Assembly (NCBI GenBank): GCA_047288015.1
Contig: CM103819.1
Coordinates: forward strand, 32,625,354-32,689,353
From: Mactra antiquata
Taxonomy: Eukaryota
Length of the DNA: 64,000 nucleotides
Direction: 5' to 3'
Each line of letters begins with the position of its first letter. Within the stretch, counting starts at the first letter, position 1. Under the pieces are notes generated by a model. It saw only the letters and a list, made by a program, of their open reading frames with translations, searched no databases and was not told the DNA's origin. The position numbers and the translations under genes are program-made. Positions 12,755-25,665 of the stretch are shown one piece after another.

Positions 12755-12948
12755 GGGCCCCTAAAGTGACATTTTAAAATGCTTTTTTATTTTCACAATT
12801 ATTTTGTTTAAACGTAATATTATTTTTTCGAAATAATCATTTCGTAGTTACGAAATATTATTTCGTCTAAAGGAAATGATATTACATTAAACGAAATAAT
12901 TGTGAAAATAAAAATCGTATTTCAAAATGTCACTTTAGGGGCTCCGTA
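12755..12948. mobile_element. MITE/foldback element with ~30-bp TIRs (ggggcccctaaagtgacattttaaaatgc … gcattttgaaatgtcactttaggggctcc)
   Basis: Terminal inverted repeats plus an internal palindromic AT-rich core. Confidence 0.6.
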
Positions 12949-14629
12949 AATGACCTTTCGATTTAATATATTTTAAAATATGTGTAGTCATAAATTTATT
13001 ATGTTTCAAATATACGAAGATGACCAAAAAAGTATGACCTAGCAAAATAATTCATAATTTTATCGGGAGTACTAGTTTGTTTGTGTTTAACGGCACATCA
13101 TGACGAAAAGGTTATATGGAGCCAAACGTTTGATGAAAACAATAAATGGAATTTAACTATAAGTTACTCGATTTTGTGATGAATATTTAATTTCTTTCTG
13201 ATAATTAAGTATCGTATATGATGGTACTGTTTGAAAAAAAGTTCTCTGAGTGAATTTACATTAAAATTGATGCGTAGATCTTGAGAACCTGGTATTCAAG
13301 GAGAAAGTGTTTTATATTAAAAAGTTCGACGCATGAAATACATTGAGTTGCCTCCCATTTTTAAGACGGCATGAATGTGTAAATTTAGTATGGCCGCTTA
13401 ACAAGTACAATTGAGGTTGTTGAATCAAAAGTTGACTTCATGTCATGTAATTTGTTAAATGTTGCATTATTTCTGAGTGTTTGTCTTTTTTTACTTAATA
13501 AATTCATTAATCAAACACTTGAAGCCATTGCTTGGTATTCTGATATCTACTGGTTGAAGATATTACTATGTTATCACTAAAATGTCAACTGTTTCATTTC
13601 CATAAATTCTGATATGACTTGGTATTCAGCAGAGGTGTACTGTTTTAGATTAAAAAAACATGTAAATTTAACTTGATGGTTTTAATAAGTGCATTGTCTG
13701 AATTACGGTGGTTATGGCCAGTAATACAGATAGAGAATCTAAAATATAATAAACTTATTAAAATATTATTTGAAATATAAGTTAGAGCTAAATCTTTTAT
13801 TTTGATTTCGGTAGTAAATATAGATGCCTTGTTAGGTAGTTGCATTCGCACAACAAAATGATTTCCATGTGTATCGCAATCAACTTTATCACCATCTTTG
13901 GAACCGTCAGGGTATAAATGAATAAAGTCTTTCGATCTTTCTAAGATGTTTGTTAGTGCAAACCTTAAAAAAGTCTGTGCTATTTGAAGATTTACGTAAA
14001 TCTGATATTTACTTCGGGTATATTGTTAGTCCACGAAGGGACCACTTCATCTAAGTTTTGTGACAGATAAAGTGTTAATAATAGGTACTTCTAAGCAATT
14101 CTTTACGCACTGGCCAATAGCTTTAATTTCGTTTGATTAGTTTTCAAACATGTTTGGATAATTTGGTTTTAATGTAGCATTTCATGTAGGTTTTCTAGCA
14201 CAGATTCGAGTTGCGTATTGTAGAGAAAGCTTTTTTCCGACGTAATTTTAAAAATGGCTCATTTCCTTCAACATAATACTTTCAACAGGCGAAGTTTTAA
14301 ATGCGCATAGGTTGTGAATATTCGAGCTGGAACGATACACCGACACATCGCCGAACCTTATCGGAGATTATGTATCGTATCGGAACTATACAACTGGACT
14401 GGAGATGTGCAGCCCTAGTGAATATACACGAATGCCTATGACCGCAATGGATATTTTGTATGTATTTTGTATCAATGGAAGACATATTCGATTTATATAT
14501 GCAAGAAGTGACTCAAATTCATAGATCGGTGTTAATACAAGCGTAGTGGCAAACAAACTTGTCTTCAATCTTGTTGTTTGCTGACGAATCATTTTCCATC
14601 GATGTCGAATGATGTTATAATCATATTAT

Positions 14630-15213
14630 CATTCGGAAATCCTCGGTCATTCACTACGAATAACCTCGGACATATTTAGACGCCATGTTGTAACTACTTT
14701 CGCGTCACGTGACAAAACATGAATGGAACAATTTAAAAATTTAAAATCTTCCCATATCAAGCGGGTAAAAGCCATGCCACGCCGTCCTTGTTGGATACAG
14801 TCATCGGGGCTTCTCACAGACCCTTTAGAATGTCTTTAATGCAGTTATCTCTTGCTAGGGACAGACACAACTCAAAACTTGACATTGTGATCATGGAAGG
14901 GTCGTGTTTTGATTTTTATCCGGTGTCGAAGTAAACTAATCCATGATCATTTAGACGATGATCTATGTCTTGATTTTAATCTTTAGAATTAAACTACACG
15001 ACTCATTGAAATCGCTAACCATTGTTGAGACACATCATGCAACATAAAACTATTATTATGCTACACCTTGTGTGTGTTTTCGACAAGCACTATTTAATAC
15101 AAATGGCTGTGTGATTCGCCTCGCGTATGTACCAATAACCCAAGACACTTGGTGGACCCCCACGAATCCTTCCGAGATTATTCATTCAATGAATGGTTAA
15201 GGTGTTCCGAATG
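14630..15213 (+). mobile_element. ~580-bp non-autonomous element with 9-bp TIR cattcggaa…ttccgaatg (second copy at 62089-62663)
   Basis: Two copies with about 85% identity across the whole length. Identical short TIRs. No coding capacity. Confidence 0.65.
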
Positions 15214-16029
15214 ATCATATATTATATGTAAAAGAAGCAAAATAACACGATGTTACAAGATGGAGATTAGCAATTATTTCTGGAATATCGAACACTACGT
15301 ACTCGTACATTAGGACTCGAAGATAAGAACAGATGCGTATTTTGATAAATTGCGTAAGGCAAGCAGTTGTTTCTGCATGCGAAATGAATATTTCTTGAGT
15401 GCCGAGTTACAATTGTTCACAACAAACCCCATATAAAATTGATGCAGAATGGCGGATCGCAAACAATAATATACTTCGAAATGCGCGTTATTGTTCATTG
15501 CTTCAATGAAACAGACATTACACCAGAGTCAAAAGCACATTTTCAAATGAATAATAATGACCAAATTAGGACTAGAAAACTTCATCAGCCGTGAAATCCG
15601 TACTACCAGGAATTTTAAAAATAAAATACGCGTACCCTTTCATGTGCAGTAACACCCTGTTCTCCAAGTTTTGAAATAAACCAATTGAGTTTGAAGTTGA
15701 AAGATAGATTGTTCCATAAAAAGTGAATGGGCCATCATAAGCGTATCGCTTTTAAATACAATATTTCTGAGGCCAGTAAAACTTATATTAATTTATATCC
15801 ATGACCTCTTTTACAGTAGCAGATATAATTCCATTTTTTCCCATTTCCTATGGGCGTGGAGACACATTGGAGACATTTATTGAATAAGAATCCAAATAGT
15901 GACACGATAAATACAGTGAATCCAATCTTCAAGGCCAATTTTCAATTGGGCGGCTTTTATGATGCTTTACAATTTTCCAGTCATATCGCATTCTCGGAAC
16001 CCCGAGATTATCAAGACATAGTCGATCTA

Positions 16030-16262
16030 ATAGAATCGTTTACCTTCTAGAGTCTGACTAGTGAGAACGGTCATACCGAGGTGGAGAGTCGACCTACTCA
16101 TTGTCTCCGGAGAGGTTTAAATCTTAAGACCTAATTTTTTAATCAGTACAAATCACACACTTTGCAAGTGGTTGACAACGGCCCTACTTGATATAGCGGT
16201 AGAAAGGGAGAATGACTGTAGCTCCACGAAGGTATGTAAGCCTCGCCCGGTAATCGAAACAA
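16030..16262 (-). mobile_element. degenerate SINE family A-related copy
   Basis: Partial matches to the family A body (gacaacggccctacttgata, ccacgaaggtatg). Confidence 0.4.
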
Positions 16263-16428
16263 TGTTACCTGGATTGACAGTTAATTTCCAATAACACCAA
16301 CCTCTCAGTATCAGTCAAATAAAACTCATAAACAGTTTGCATTTTCTCTGACGGAAACCCTCCCAACAACCATTACCTCTATTACAGTCATTACAGCATA
16401 GTTATGCTGATTAACGCTGTAGAGAGTA

Positions 16429-17421
16429 TTATACTTTTACTGAGACATAATTACTACATACCAGCATTTGCGACTTCAATGTTTCAGGAGGACACTTTCC
16501 TCTGGTTGAATATTTCGTTAATGACCCAGACTTCTCCTGAATTGAATCCACGATGGTCCTATCTAAAAGCACTGCCAAAATTGCGCTACTGGGGCTTCGT
16601 ATGTAGGAATTAAAATCACAAAAGTCAGTTTCTTGTAAGTATAAGGCATGATGTCTACAAGGGAAGCAAGCGATATTTTTAAAAACTTTGTACCCAGTGT
16701 GAATTACTAAATATGGCATATTCAATGTTTGGCAAATGTTGTGATATGGAGATGTTACCTCACACTCGGCCGGTACGAATTCATCGAAACATTCAACAAT
16801 CGCTTCAATAGCTTTTCGTGGGGGTATATATACTTTAAGTCCAATTTGTAAATCAAAACTGGTTTGAATTGTCCATACCAAGGACGCAACGTTTCTAATG
16901 AAAGTACTGTCGCCAAAATAATAGTAATTCCACGGAACAAAGCTATTAACATTATTACATTTCGCGCATGCTTCATTGACGTAAGTAGTTTTACTTTCTA
17001 AGTTGGTGACTGGGGCCAATAAGCTTCTATTGTTTTTATCAAACAGATGACAGTCACCTTTTCCTTTTTGAAGAATTGGATCCAAATACGAACACGATAC
17101 AACCATATAAAACGATGATGTCTCAATGCCGCTATGCTTATTATCTCCTATTATAGGTTTAATACACTGGACTTTTCCTATCTCAACTAGTTTGTATTTG
17201 TCCAAGTAATCAAAGCAGCAATTCAAATTTAATCCACACGTTTCATTACAACTGCATTGTTTACAACATGATACCTTGTCGGCTGGTGGCGTCGCCGTGG
17301 CTGTCCTGTTACAAATGTCAACATAGCGACACGATTCATACACGTACTCAGGAATTTCAATTTCGGCTTTAGTTGCCATCACTAATGCACATATTAAAAT
17401 CAAACCAATTAACTTAGCCAT
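16429..17421 (-). CDS. cysteine-rich secreted protein, paralog 2 (tandem duplicate of 10395-11378)
   Basis: 330-aa ATG-initiated ORF. N-terminal 170 aa are about 90% identical to paralog 1. Signal peptide present. C-terminal third is strongly diverged. Confidence 0.7.
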   Translation of the reverse strand: MAKLIGLILICALVMATKAEIEIPEYVYESCRYVDICNRTATATPPADKVSCCKQCSCNETCGLNLNCCFDYLDKYKLVEIGKVQCIKPIIGDNKHSGIETSSFYMVVSCSYLDPILQKGKGDCHLFDKNNRSLLAPVTNLESKTTYVNEACAKCNNVNSFVPWNYYYFGDSTFIRNVASLVWTIQTSFDLQIGLKVYIPPRKAIEAIVECFDEFVPAECEVTSPYHNICQTLNMPYLVIHTGYKVFKNIACFPCRHHALYLQETDFCDFNSYIRSPSSAILAVLLDRTIVDSIQEKSGSLTKYSTRGKCPPETLKSQMLVCSNYVSVKV

Positions 17422-18026
17422 GATAAATTGATAATTTAATTTTTAAAAAATCAAGCCATTTATTCGTATTGACGTTATCGTTAAGTAATTATTTCTTGGA
17501 ATACATGTAGACATTCGGTGCCCAGACTAGAATAAAATCTCAGACTAAAATGGAAAAACCATTTCGCGGTGTGTCTATATATCACCCATAAGCAACTTTC
17601 GTATTCCAAAGAACCAATCAAAATGTGTTTTATTGCCGGTTATATCAATGGTGTGTAATGGATTGCCAGCTGATGGACAGCTTTATTGGAAAGTTCGTAT
17701 TTAAATAAAGTTAACTTTTATTTGCATATAAGTACCAACTGCACTCTCGTAGCCCAAATGTACTACCAGTCAGATTAAATAACAAATGGAAGTGGCCTAA
17801 AAAGTCGTGAATTATTCCAGACGTTTTTGTTAGCTAAGAACACCATTACATTTCCTGACGTCTACCTCGATGTTCTATGTACATTGTACTACGTAGAACG
17901 ATATTTTAAACATATTTTATTGACATTTAGGAATACATGTTTTCCACAAGTTTATATAATTGTTTTAATATTTGAGACATTAAGCTATTTTTCCAAGTAA
18001 ATACATAAAGTTATACATTTTACTTA

Positions 18027-18166
18027 AAATAGAAGTTCAATATTATTCACTATCTAATAATAACAAGAAAAAAAGAAATAAGGAAAAGCCAAGGATGAAA
18101 TAAGTGGTAAGGAAATTACATTAGTGTGTACTTGATAAGAAAAGGCCATTTTAGCTGATTATTAAC
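18027..18166 (+). repeat. 140-bp direct repeat, copy 1 (copy 2 at 24117-24260) flanking the MITE plus LINE block
   Basis: About 93% identity: aaaatagaagttcaatattattcactatctaataataacaag…ccattttagctgattattaac. Confidence 0.8.
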
Positions 18167-18539
18167 AGAACAGATCTTTTTTTTTCACAGGTTACATAGT
18201 AACAATATTTGATGATATATAATATCAATATACATAAAAAGTTATTAACATAATAAATAATAAACATTAATTTAATACGTTATTGTAATGCGGTCTTAAT
18301 TATATATGTTTGTCTAAGGCGGGGATAATGAACATTAGTTACACATTTCTATTGAAAAGTTATATGAGAAAATGTATTTAGAAATGCAATTGGGAGGAGG
18401 TATATAAAAAATCGATGCTACTTACATGAGTGTAACCAACGTAGTGTTGTAGTGCATGTACAATACTTTATCACACAAAACACGAGATTGTCGGGAAGTC
18501 CGTCTTGTATAGTCGCGTGTCAATTTTAATCATTGTGCA

Positions 18540-18762
18540 AGTTTAATAGACTATACCCTGAATTCAAATTTTTGGGTTTTTCCCTCCGGTACAAACAAAC
18601 TTTTATCGTTACAATGAAAATATGTGTACATAGAACAATAGAATTTAATCCGTGTTTTGTGCTTTTCAGCAATAATGTGTACAAAACTTTGTTTGTACCG
18701 CCTGTGCACGGACGGAAAACCCCATAAATTTATATTCCGGATATAGTCTATTACATGTGTAT
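18540..18762. mobile_element. hairpin MITE family 'ggtacaaac' (TIR …aattcaaatatttgggtttttccctc(c/t)ggtacaaac)
   Basis: Internal inverted repeat ggtacaaacaaac…gtttgtacc. Further copies at 30745-31262 (interrupted), 31268-31535, 54430-54585 and 60170-60330. Confidence 0.6.
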
Positions 18763-19027
18763 GTGTCGATTTGGACTGGATTTACTAGTGGATTTATCTT
18801 ATATTGAGGTAATTATAATTATTATATTTTATAAATATATATTTATTTTCGCTTATGAGGTGATAATATGAATGAACTTATGAACGTTTATGGTATATAA
18901 TAGTTCAATACTTGTATACTATTTCATAGTTATACATCTTAAATATGTGTAAGTTTTATTTTAGAATTTATTTCAGGGATTTAACATTTTGTTAATATTG
19001 CCGAGGCTGTCATTATGATATAATTAA

Positions 19028-22000
19028 TTAACGTTTGACAAAACAGCTTAATTTTGTTAAGATGGTGGTATTATCGCTTGACATTAATTCACTGAATTTA
19101 ATTATATTTGGTCTTTTGTAGTACTCTGATGGTACGTATTTTTTCCTTAAGGTATTGAAATATGGACAGATGAGGAGATAGTGCATCTCGTCGCTAATGC
19201 CGCTCAGTGGACAAAGACTACATTTCCTTTGATTGTGTGGTACGTGGCTTGAGCTCCATTGGCCGATTTCTGTAGGAAGTCTATGGTTGCCTGTACGGAA
19301 GTGAAACAGATAGAGTCCTAAAGATGGTGAGAATTTTTTCAAATAAGCTTCCAAGTTAATATTGCTTTTAAATAAATTATACATCGTACATTTTGACGAT
19401 AAGCCCATTTGATCGTTCCAGTTTTGATTAAATTGATCTAAAAGTGTTTGTTTTATTTGTTTACATGTATGTTTTGTTAAGTTATGTTGTGTTCTCCAGA
19501 TGTGCGAGATTTTAATATAGGTGTGTCATTTAAATCTTTTATTTGAATTAATCATGCTTTGATTACATTGTTAAGACAATTTTGTTGTGTTATTATTTGG
19601 CAATAGTTTACTCCAAAAGATAACCATTTTAGTTTTACCGTAATTTCAATAGGATATCTTCCGAGTTCTGCGTATAGCATGTATCTGGGTGTGCTTTTTT
19701 CGATTTAGTAATAATTCTTAGGAAATCACAATGTACTTGTTTTAGAGCATCTAAATTTTCATATCCGTTTATTTCGCAGCCATATGTGAGAATAGGTAAT
19801 ATTGTTTGATCAAATAATTTTAATTGTAGGTCTATAGGCAGACCGAGGTTTCTGATTCTTGTGACTAGTATGAATAGAGCTTTTTTAGCTTGAGCAACAT
19901 GATGGTTTCTACATTTAAGGAAACTTCCATTCGATGAAAAGTAGACTCCAAGGTATTTATATTCTTTTACTATTTCAATTGGTACATAGTTGATATTGAA
20001 GTTGTATTTACTGGGTTGGGTTGAACCAAATACTATTGTTTTTGTTGTAGTGTAGTTTATTTGGAGTCTCTCGTGTTTACAATATTTATAAAATCATTGA
20101 GCATTTGTTGAAATTTTTCTTCATTGTCTGAAAAAATAACTATGTCATCGGCATCTAACAGAACGGTTATTTTAATGTATTGCAGCGCATCGTTTTGGTT
20201 TAAGTCAATGGGTGTTCCGTCATTATTTGTTAGAAGATGCTGTTCCAAATCATTTGAAAACATTGAAAACAGTATTGGGGACAAGCTTTCTTCTTGTCTT
20301 ACACCACAGTTACTAGTAAATAGGTAGATGTATTTCCATTGATTGATACACAAGATTTTATATATGAATACATACTTCTAATTACGTTGAAAATCTTACC
20401 ATTGACACCAAGATTTAGTATTTTAGACCAAAGTGCCGCTCGCCATACGGAGTCAAAGGCAGCTGTGAAGTCTATGAATGAACAGAATAGCTTTTGTTTT
20501 TCAGATTTCAACTTTTCAATTAAAAAGTGTAAATTAAATACATTGTATATGGTCTGTAGTTGAGTAATTTGCTCGAAAACCTGTTTGTGCCTCGTTAAGT
20601 AAATTATTGGATTTTAAAAATATATTTATTCTTGAGTTGAGAGTAGATGACTTGTAAAAATTTTGCCCAAGCAGCTTAAGATTGTAATGGGTCTGTTGTT
20701 TACAGCGTCTTTAGGGGATCCCTTAGTTTAAAAAAAGTGGTTCTGATTGTACCTACCGACCAAGTGTCTGGTATGATACCTGTATCAAAAATGTGATTAA
20801 ATAATATTTTGTATATGGGTGCCATGATTTGTTTCGAGTATTTCAGATGTTCGTTTGTTATGTTATCTTGTTCTGAGGGAGTTTTCCCGTTATTAGAACT
20901 TAAAATTGCTTTTAATATTTCTTGTTCGGTAATATGAGCATTTAGTTCATCAGTGGATAGAAATATTGGATCTAGGTTGTCTTCTAAATTTGTTTCATCG
21001 TGTGTTGTATTGTTTATATTGCTAAAATGATTGTAGAATTCATCAATAGTTGGAGTATTAGTAAAGTTGTGTTTATTTAGACTGTTGAGGTACCTCCAAT
21101 AATCTTTCGGATTTTTAGAGATCATGGACCGCAGTTTGTTTTCATTAATAGATTTGTGTTTGTATAGTTTGTACATGTATAGTTTTTTAGCTGTGTGATA
21201 TTGGCGTCTTACTTTGTGGCACTGTGAACCAAACCATGGTGTATTCTTGTGTGTGAAGTTTATTGTGTGTATTTTTTCAATGGGAACTTGCTTTGTGTAG
21301 ACTTTGAGTACAGGTGTCCTTCATTGTTTTTATGAATCCGCGGCCGTGGCGTAGTGGTTAGCATGTCTGACTTCGAATCCGGAGATCGCGGGTTCGAGCC
21401 TAGTCGCGGTAGGTTATACCCTATACATGAGTTGTCGGCCTCTGGTAGGGTAAGTTAGTACGGTGATAGAAAAGTGTCCAGGAAATCTATAGTAGGAAGA
21501 GCTGGCCGTCGTATATACAACCTAAATATGTGTTGAATACGACGTTAAACCCAATTAAAAAAAAAACAAAAAACAAAAACAAACATTGTTTATGTAGTGT
21601 CTGTCTATATTGTCTGGTGGGTTATTAAGTTGATTTGTAATATCATTATAATGTCAGGGTCTTAATTAGATATGAATGTACCCTTATTATCGTCAGTCCA
21701 ATTCAATTTTACGTTTAGAAATATGGTTAGATTTAAAATCTGTTGGCTTATTTGCTAATTCTGATTTTAGTGTATATGACAAAAGACTATGTCCGTCTGA
21801 ATACAATGGATCTAGGTCAAGAATTCTAAAATCAGATATAAGAGATAAACAATCATAAGATACTACTGTACATGTATAATCAATTACTGACATATTACTG
21901 AAAGTAAATTTTCCACTTAAATCAGATTGTCCTACTCTACCATTCAATATACATAGATTGATATCTTTACAGAGACTAAGCAGTTTCTTACCATGGTTAT

Positions 22001-23689
22001 TTAGTTTATTACATTGTGTTTTCCTTTCAACTGGCAGATTCAAAGACATCAGCTTATTAACAATATCTGGATATTCAACATTAGTATCAAGAATCTCATA
22101 TTCATCAGACAAAAAATCATCAATTTCTGTAAAGTCAGGTAAGTCAGAAGTATATCCATTAAAATCACCAGTGATGATGACATTAGTATATTGAGTACCT
22201 TTATCCGGAGCATCTATAGAAAAAGTGAAATATTCATAATTGCTAAAAATCTTGAGGTTTCTGGTGGTATATAAGTTCCACCCACCAACATATCAAGCTG
22301 TTTTCGGTCATTTAGATATAACCAGAATACATACTCAGAGTTTGATTCTAGAACAGTAACATAATCTATCAAAAAATTATTAACAAAGAAACCAATGCCA
22401 CCTAAATTCCGCTTATACTTCTCGGATCGAGGCTTTGAATAGTAAGTATAGTTTGGAACACTGATTACGTCATAGTTATCAAGTTTAGTTTCTAAAACAC
22501 ACACTATATGATACTTTTCAATCAAATTAATACATTCAGGTATATTTAGTCTATTTTTAGTCCACATATGTTCAGTGTTCCTATTGATATGTCATTTCCA
22601 TTCAAGTAGTTATCATTATCATTATTGCTGACATCAGTATATGTAGTGTTTTCAGCACTTATATGTAAATCAGCTGTTGAGTCCTCATTTGCGAATGGAA
22701 CCAATAATTCATTATATGTATCACTAACTTCAGAATTTACAATAAAAATATGGTTTTCATTAGCATTCTGTGCTAATACTGTATTTTCCGTAGGGTATGG
22801 AGAACTATCACTGTTTATTAACGAATCCTTTATCACATCATGTATTCGGATGTTAGTTGGGATGGATGAATGATTTGTATTTACACATTTGCAAGAGACA
22901 CATTTATCAACATATTTACAAGGGTTATTTACACTACCAATTTGAGTATACACTATCCCCTGCGCTCATCTGTTGTTAGTGGTTGACTTTTTGTTGGACG
23001 TGCACTCACTGATCTAGCGCGAGTCTTGGATACAGTAGTAGATGTTGATTTACCTCCTCCATGGACCCGCTTACGTTGTGTGAATGGGTGTATATTAGGT
23101 TCAGCCATCACGTGTTGTTGACTTTGTGACTTTGTGTTGGATGAAGAAATCTTAGTTGACTTAGCTATTTTCTGCGATGGAGTATCAGCGGCAGATATTG
23201 TAGGCGTTTTATACTTCATAGTTACTAGACGAGCTTTCTGTCACGGGATTATATTGCTTAGATCCTGAAGCTACCAGTGTATTGACTCGTTGTGAGTCAG
23301 TTAATTGGAGTATTAACATAGCTTTTAATAGATGATTTTCTAAGATCATTTACACCAGATTTCGTAATCTCTTCCCAATGTGGAAATAAGTTCTTTACTA
23401 CATTTTCATTGACCACTAGCGATGCTGAATATTTGAGCTGAACTTAGTTATTTTTGTTTTGTTTATAGTTTTTATAAAGTGGCCAAAGCTCTTTACGTGA
23501 TTTTCGGATTTCAAATGGGTAATCACGGTCAATCGCATATTTAGTTCCAGCTGGAGTTTTTGCATTTCTCATAACTAGATCAACCATTCGCGAGTATCTG
23601 AAGGCCACCAATATTGGCCTCGTGTATTGTGTGTTTGTGTAACGATTACCCCTTAAAGTTCCTAATCTTTCAGCAAATTCAATACACAC
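19028..23689 (-). mobile_element. degraded non-LTR retrotransposon (LINE; ORF1-like region, APE endonuclease, reverse transcriptase, C-terminal Cys-His domain) with frameshifts
   Basis: Serial minus-strand ORF fragments. Endonuclease N-terminus LNICGLK…; RT motifs FIDFTAAFDSVW, GVRQEESLSPILFSMF, LLDADDIVIF. C-terminal FRTGNHRLPTEIGQW…CSLC…DEMHYLLICP. Basic ORF1-like fragment at 22953-23219. SINE B nested at 21346-21592. Confidence 0.8.
21346..21592 (+). mobile_element. tRNA-derived SINE family B, nested in the LINE
   Basis: Head ggccgtggcgtagtggttagcatgtctgacttcgaatccggagatcgcgggttcgagcc. Body …cctaccagaggccgacaactcatg… A-rich tail. Other copies at 26787-27015, 32298-32537 and 45048-45257. 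Confidence 0.75.
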
Positions 23690-24116
23690 ATCGTCAGGTT
23701 TACTTGTTTACACAATGATTTATAAATGGTTGGCATCATCATATATTCCATTTCTATCTTCATCATATCCGTATATAATTATGTTATTTCTACGTTTTCT
23801 AGATTCAAGTTCTATTACCTTGTAGGATAATGCAAGAATTTGTTTATCATGGCCACTTACTTTATTGTTTATATCATCAACCTCATTCTGCATTGTTGAA
23901 ACTCAATCTTGTTGACCACATTCTATGTTTCGAATTTTATTGAAAAAAACATTTAATTTCTCATCAGCACTCAGTGTTTCATGTGATTAATAGTCCACAC
24001 TATCTGTATTTACACGCTTCCGTTTCTAATCCTGGTTATACGTTATTTATGTTCAGTTATAACTTTATTGGATTTTCATGTCCGATTAGACCGCCATTAC
24101 CGGAAGTCATTTGTCA

Positions 24117-24260
24117 TAAAATAGAAGTTCAATATTATTCACTATCTAATAATAACAAGAACAAAAAAGAAATAAGGAAAAGCCAAGGATGAAATAAGTG
24201 GAAAGAGAATTACATTAGTGTGTACTAGATAAGAAAATGCCATTTTAGCTGATTATTAAC
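24117..24260 (+). repeat. 140-bp direct repeat, copy 2
   Basis: See 18027-18166. Confidence 0.8.
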
Positions 24261-24984
24261 GGCAGCGACTCAAAATTACGATGATTTTTACTGTTTATAT
24301 TAACGCATCGGGATAGATAAATAATACTTTGGAACAGCCAGCAACAATTGAGCGGCTTGCGCTGACACGAGCCATGGGCGCAATTATGTTTATATAGAGT
24401 CTTTGGTAGATCTTCTTACTAAATTTGAAGGCAATGCGTTCAGATTATGAAGGAAATGCGTTCCGATTATGAATGAAATGACAATTGAATTTCCCGACTT
24501 CCCCGATGTTGACGTTCCCAGCTGAGCGCAAATACGGCGAACTTTATATGCATTCAAGTATTCTAAGACACGAATTATAGGCATTCAAATGGATAGAAAA
24601 TAAATGAAAAGGATATCAAAACGACATTTAATTTTGTTTATAAACAAGAATCATTTATTTCCCCCTGCACTATAGCTCAGTGCAGCTTGCGAAGATTAAG
24701 TAATAAACGCATACAAGATATACACTGACGGACAAACACTCTTAAATGTCTTAATATCTTTTAGAAAAAAGGCGGTTTGAATCAAGTGACTTCGAAATTG
24801 AGATGCAGAACGATTTTGATCGATTGTATTTCCTTAGGCAGTCTGTATTCAGTCATACATACGAATGACATTCTCCATAAATTTGGGTATAGATTCAAAG
24901 AAGGGGTTCGACAATCAATGCATGCCTTGCTAGACAGGGGATATGTCAACTACTGTAAGCCTAGTAGGGAGTTCGAAATTTACT

Positions 24985-25200
24985 ATGTACAAAGGAAATT
25001 CGACAAATATTGCTTGCATGAGAGGGAGTCAACATTCACTGCCTATCTGACAAGAGGTCGACATTCACTGTCGATTTTGGCAGGGTGTGGACATTCACTG
25101 TCTGTCTGGCAGGGAGTTCGGCATTTACGTCCGCCTGGGAGGAGGGTCAACAATCATTGCTTGCCTGGGAGGAAGGGGTTGACTATCTCCGCCTCTTTGG
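24985..25200. repeat. minisatellite, ~30-bp degenerate unit (ggacattcactgtctgtctggcagggagtt), ~7 copies
   Basis: Visible periodicity. Accounts for the spurious 157-aa ORF at 24777-25250. Confidence 0.7.
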
Positions 25201-25429
25201 AGGGGTTTTATATATCATTACCCACATCTGAAGAGATTCTTCAAACTTAGACATGGTTAAGAATTTTATCGAGTAAGACACCTTCTAAATAGTTGTTAGT
25301 GTTTTGCTCCTGATTACTGTCATAATATGTACCAAAACATATAGAATATGTGCATATTTCAGCAAATACGGTCAGGAAATTGTTTCTTATGTTGTTTATA
25401 CATTTGAAAAAAAGTACGAGGTATCACCG

Positions 25430-25665
25430 AGATTCAATCTGATTAAAACCCGATCTAAAATCTCCGCTCGCGTACTCACTGATTTTACATCTGACAAGCT
25501 CGCAGTACGGGTCACGTTTAGCTGACCTTTGCTTTCAAATAATTTTCATGACGCAACTCGCAACCAATCGCCAGTCACAACCCGAATAGCAAATTACGTT
25601 TTGCCGACGTCACGCGAGATGTAACACGCTCCGCCAAAATAGATTGAAAAATCGATCTAAAAATA
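25430..25665. repeat. dispersed ~235-bp repeat, copy 2 (see 5095-5330)
   Basis: About 85% identity to 5095-5330. Confidence 0.7.

Noticed and set aside
21350-21425. tRNA-like sequence GGCCGTGGCGTAGTGGTTAGCATG…GGTTCGAGCC
   Set aside because: It is the head of a multi-copy SINE family (four copies with the same non-tRNA body), and its anticodon stem does not pair. Not an independent tRNA gene.
24777-25250. 157-aa plus-strand ORF
   Set aside because: Its second half is translated from a ~30-bp minisatellite (LSVWQGVRHLRPPGRRV… repeats). No supporting signals.
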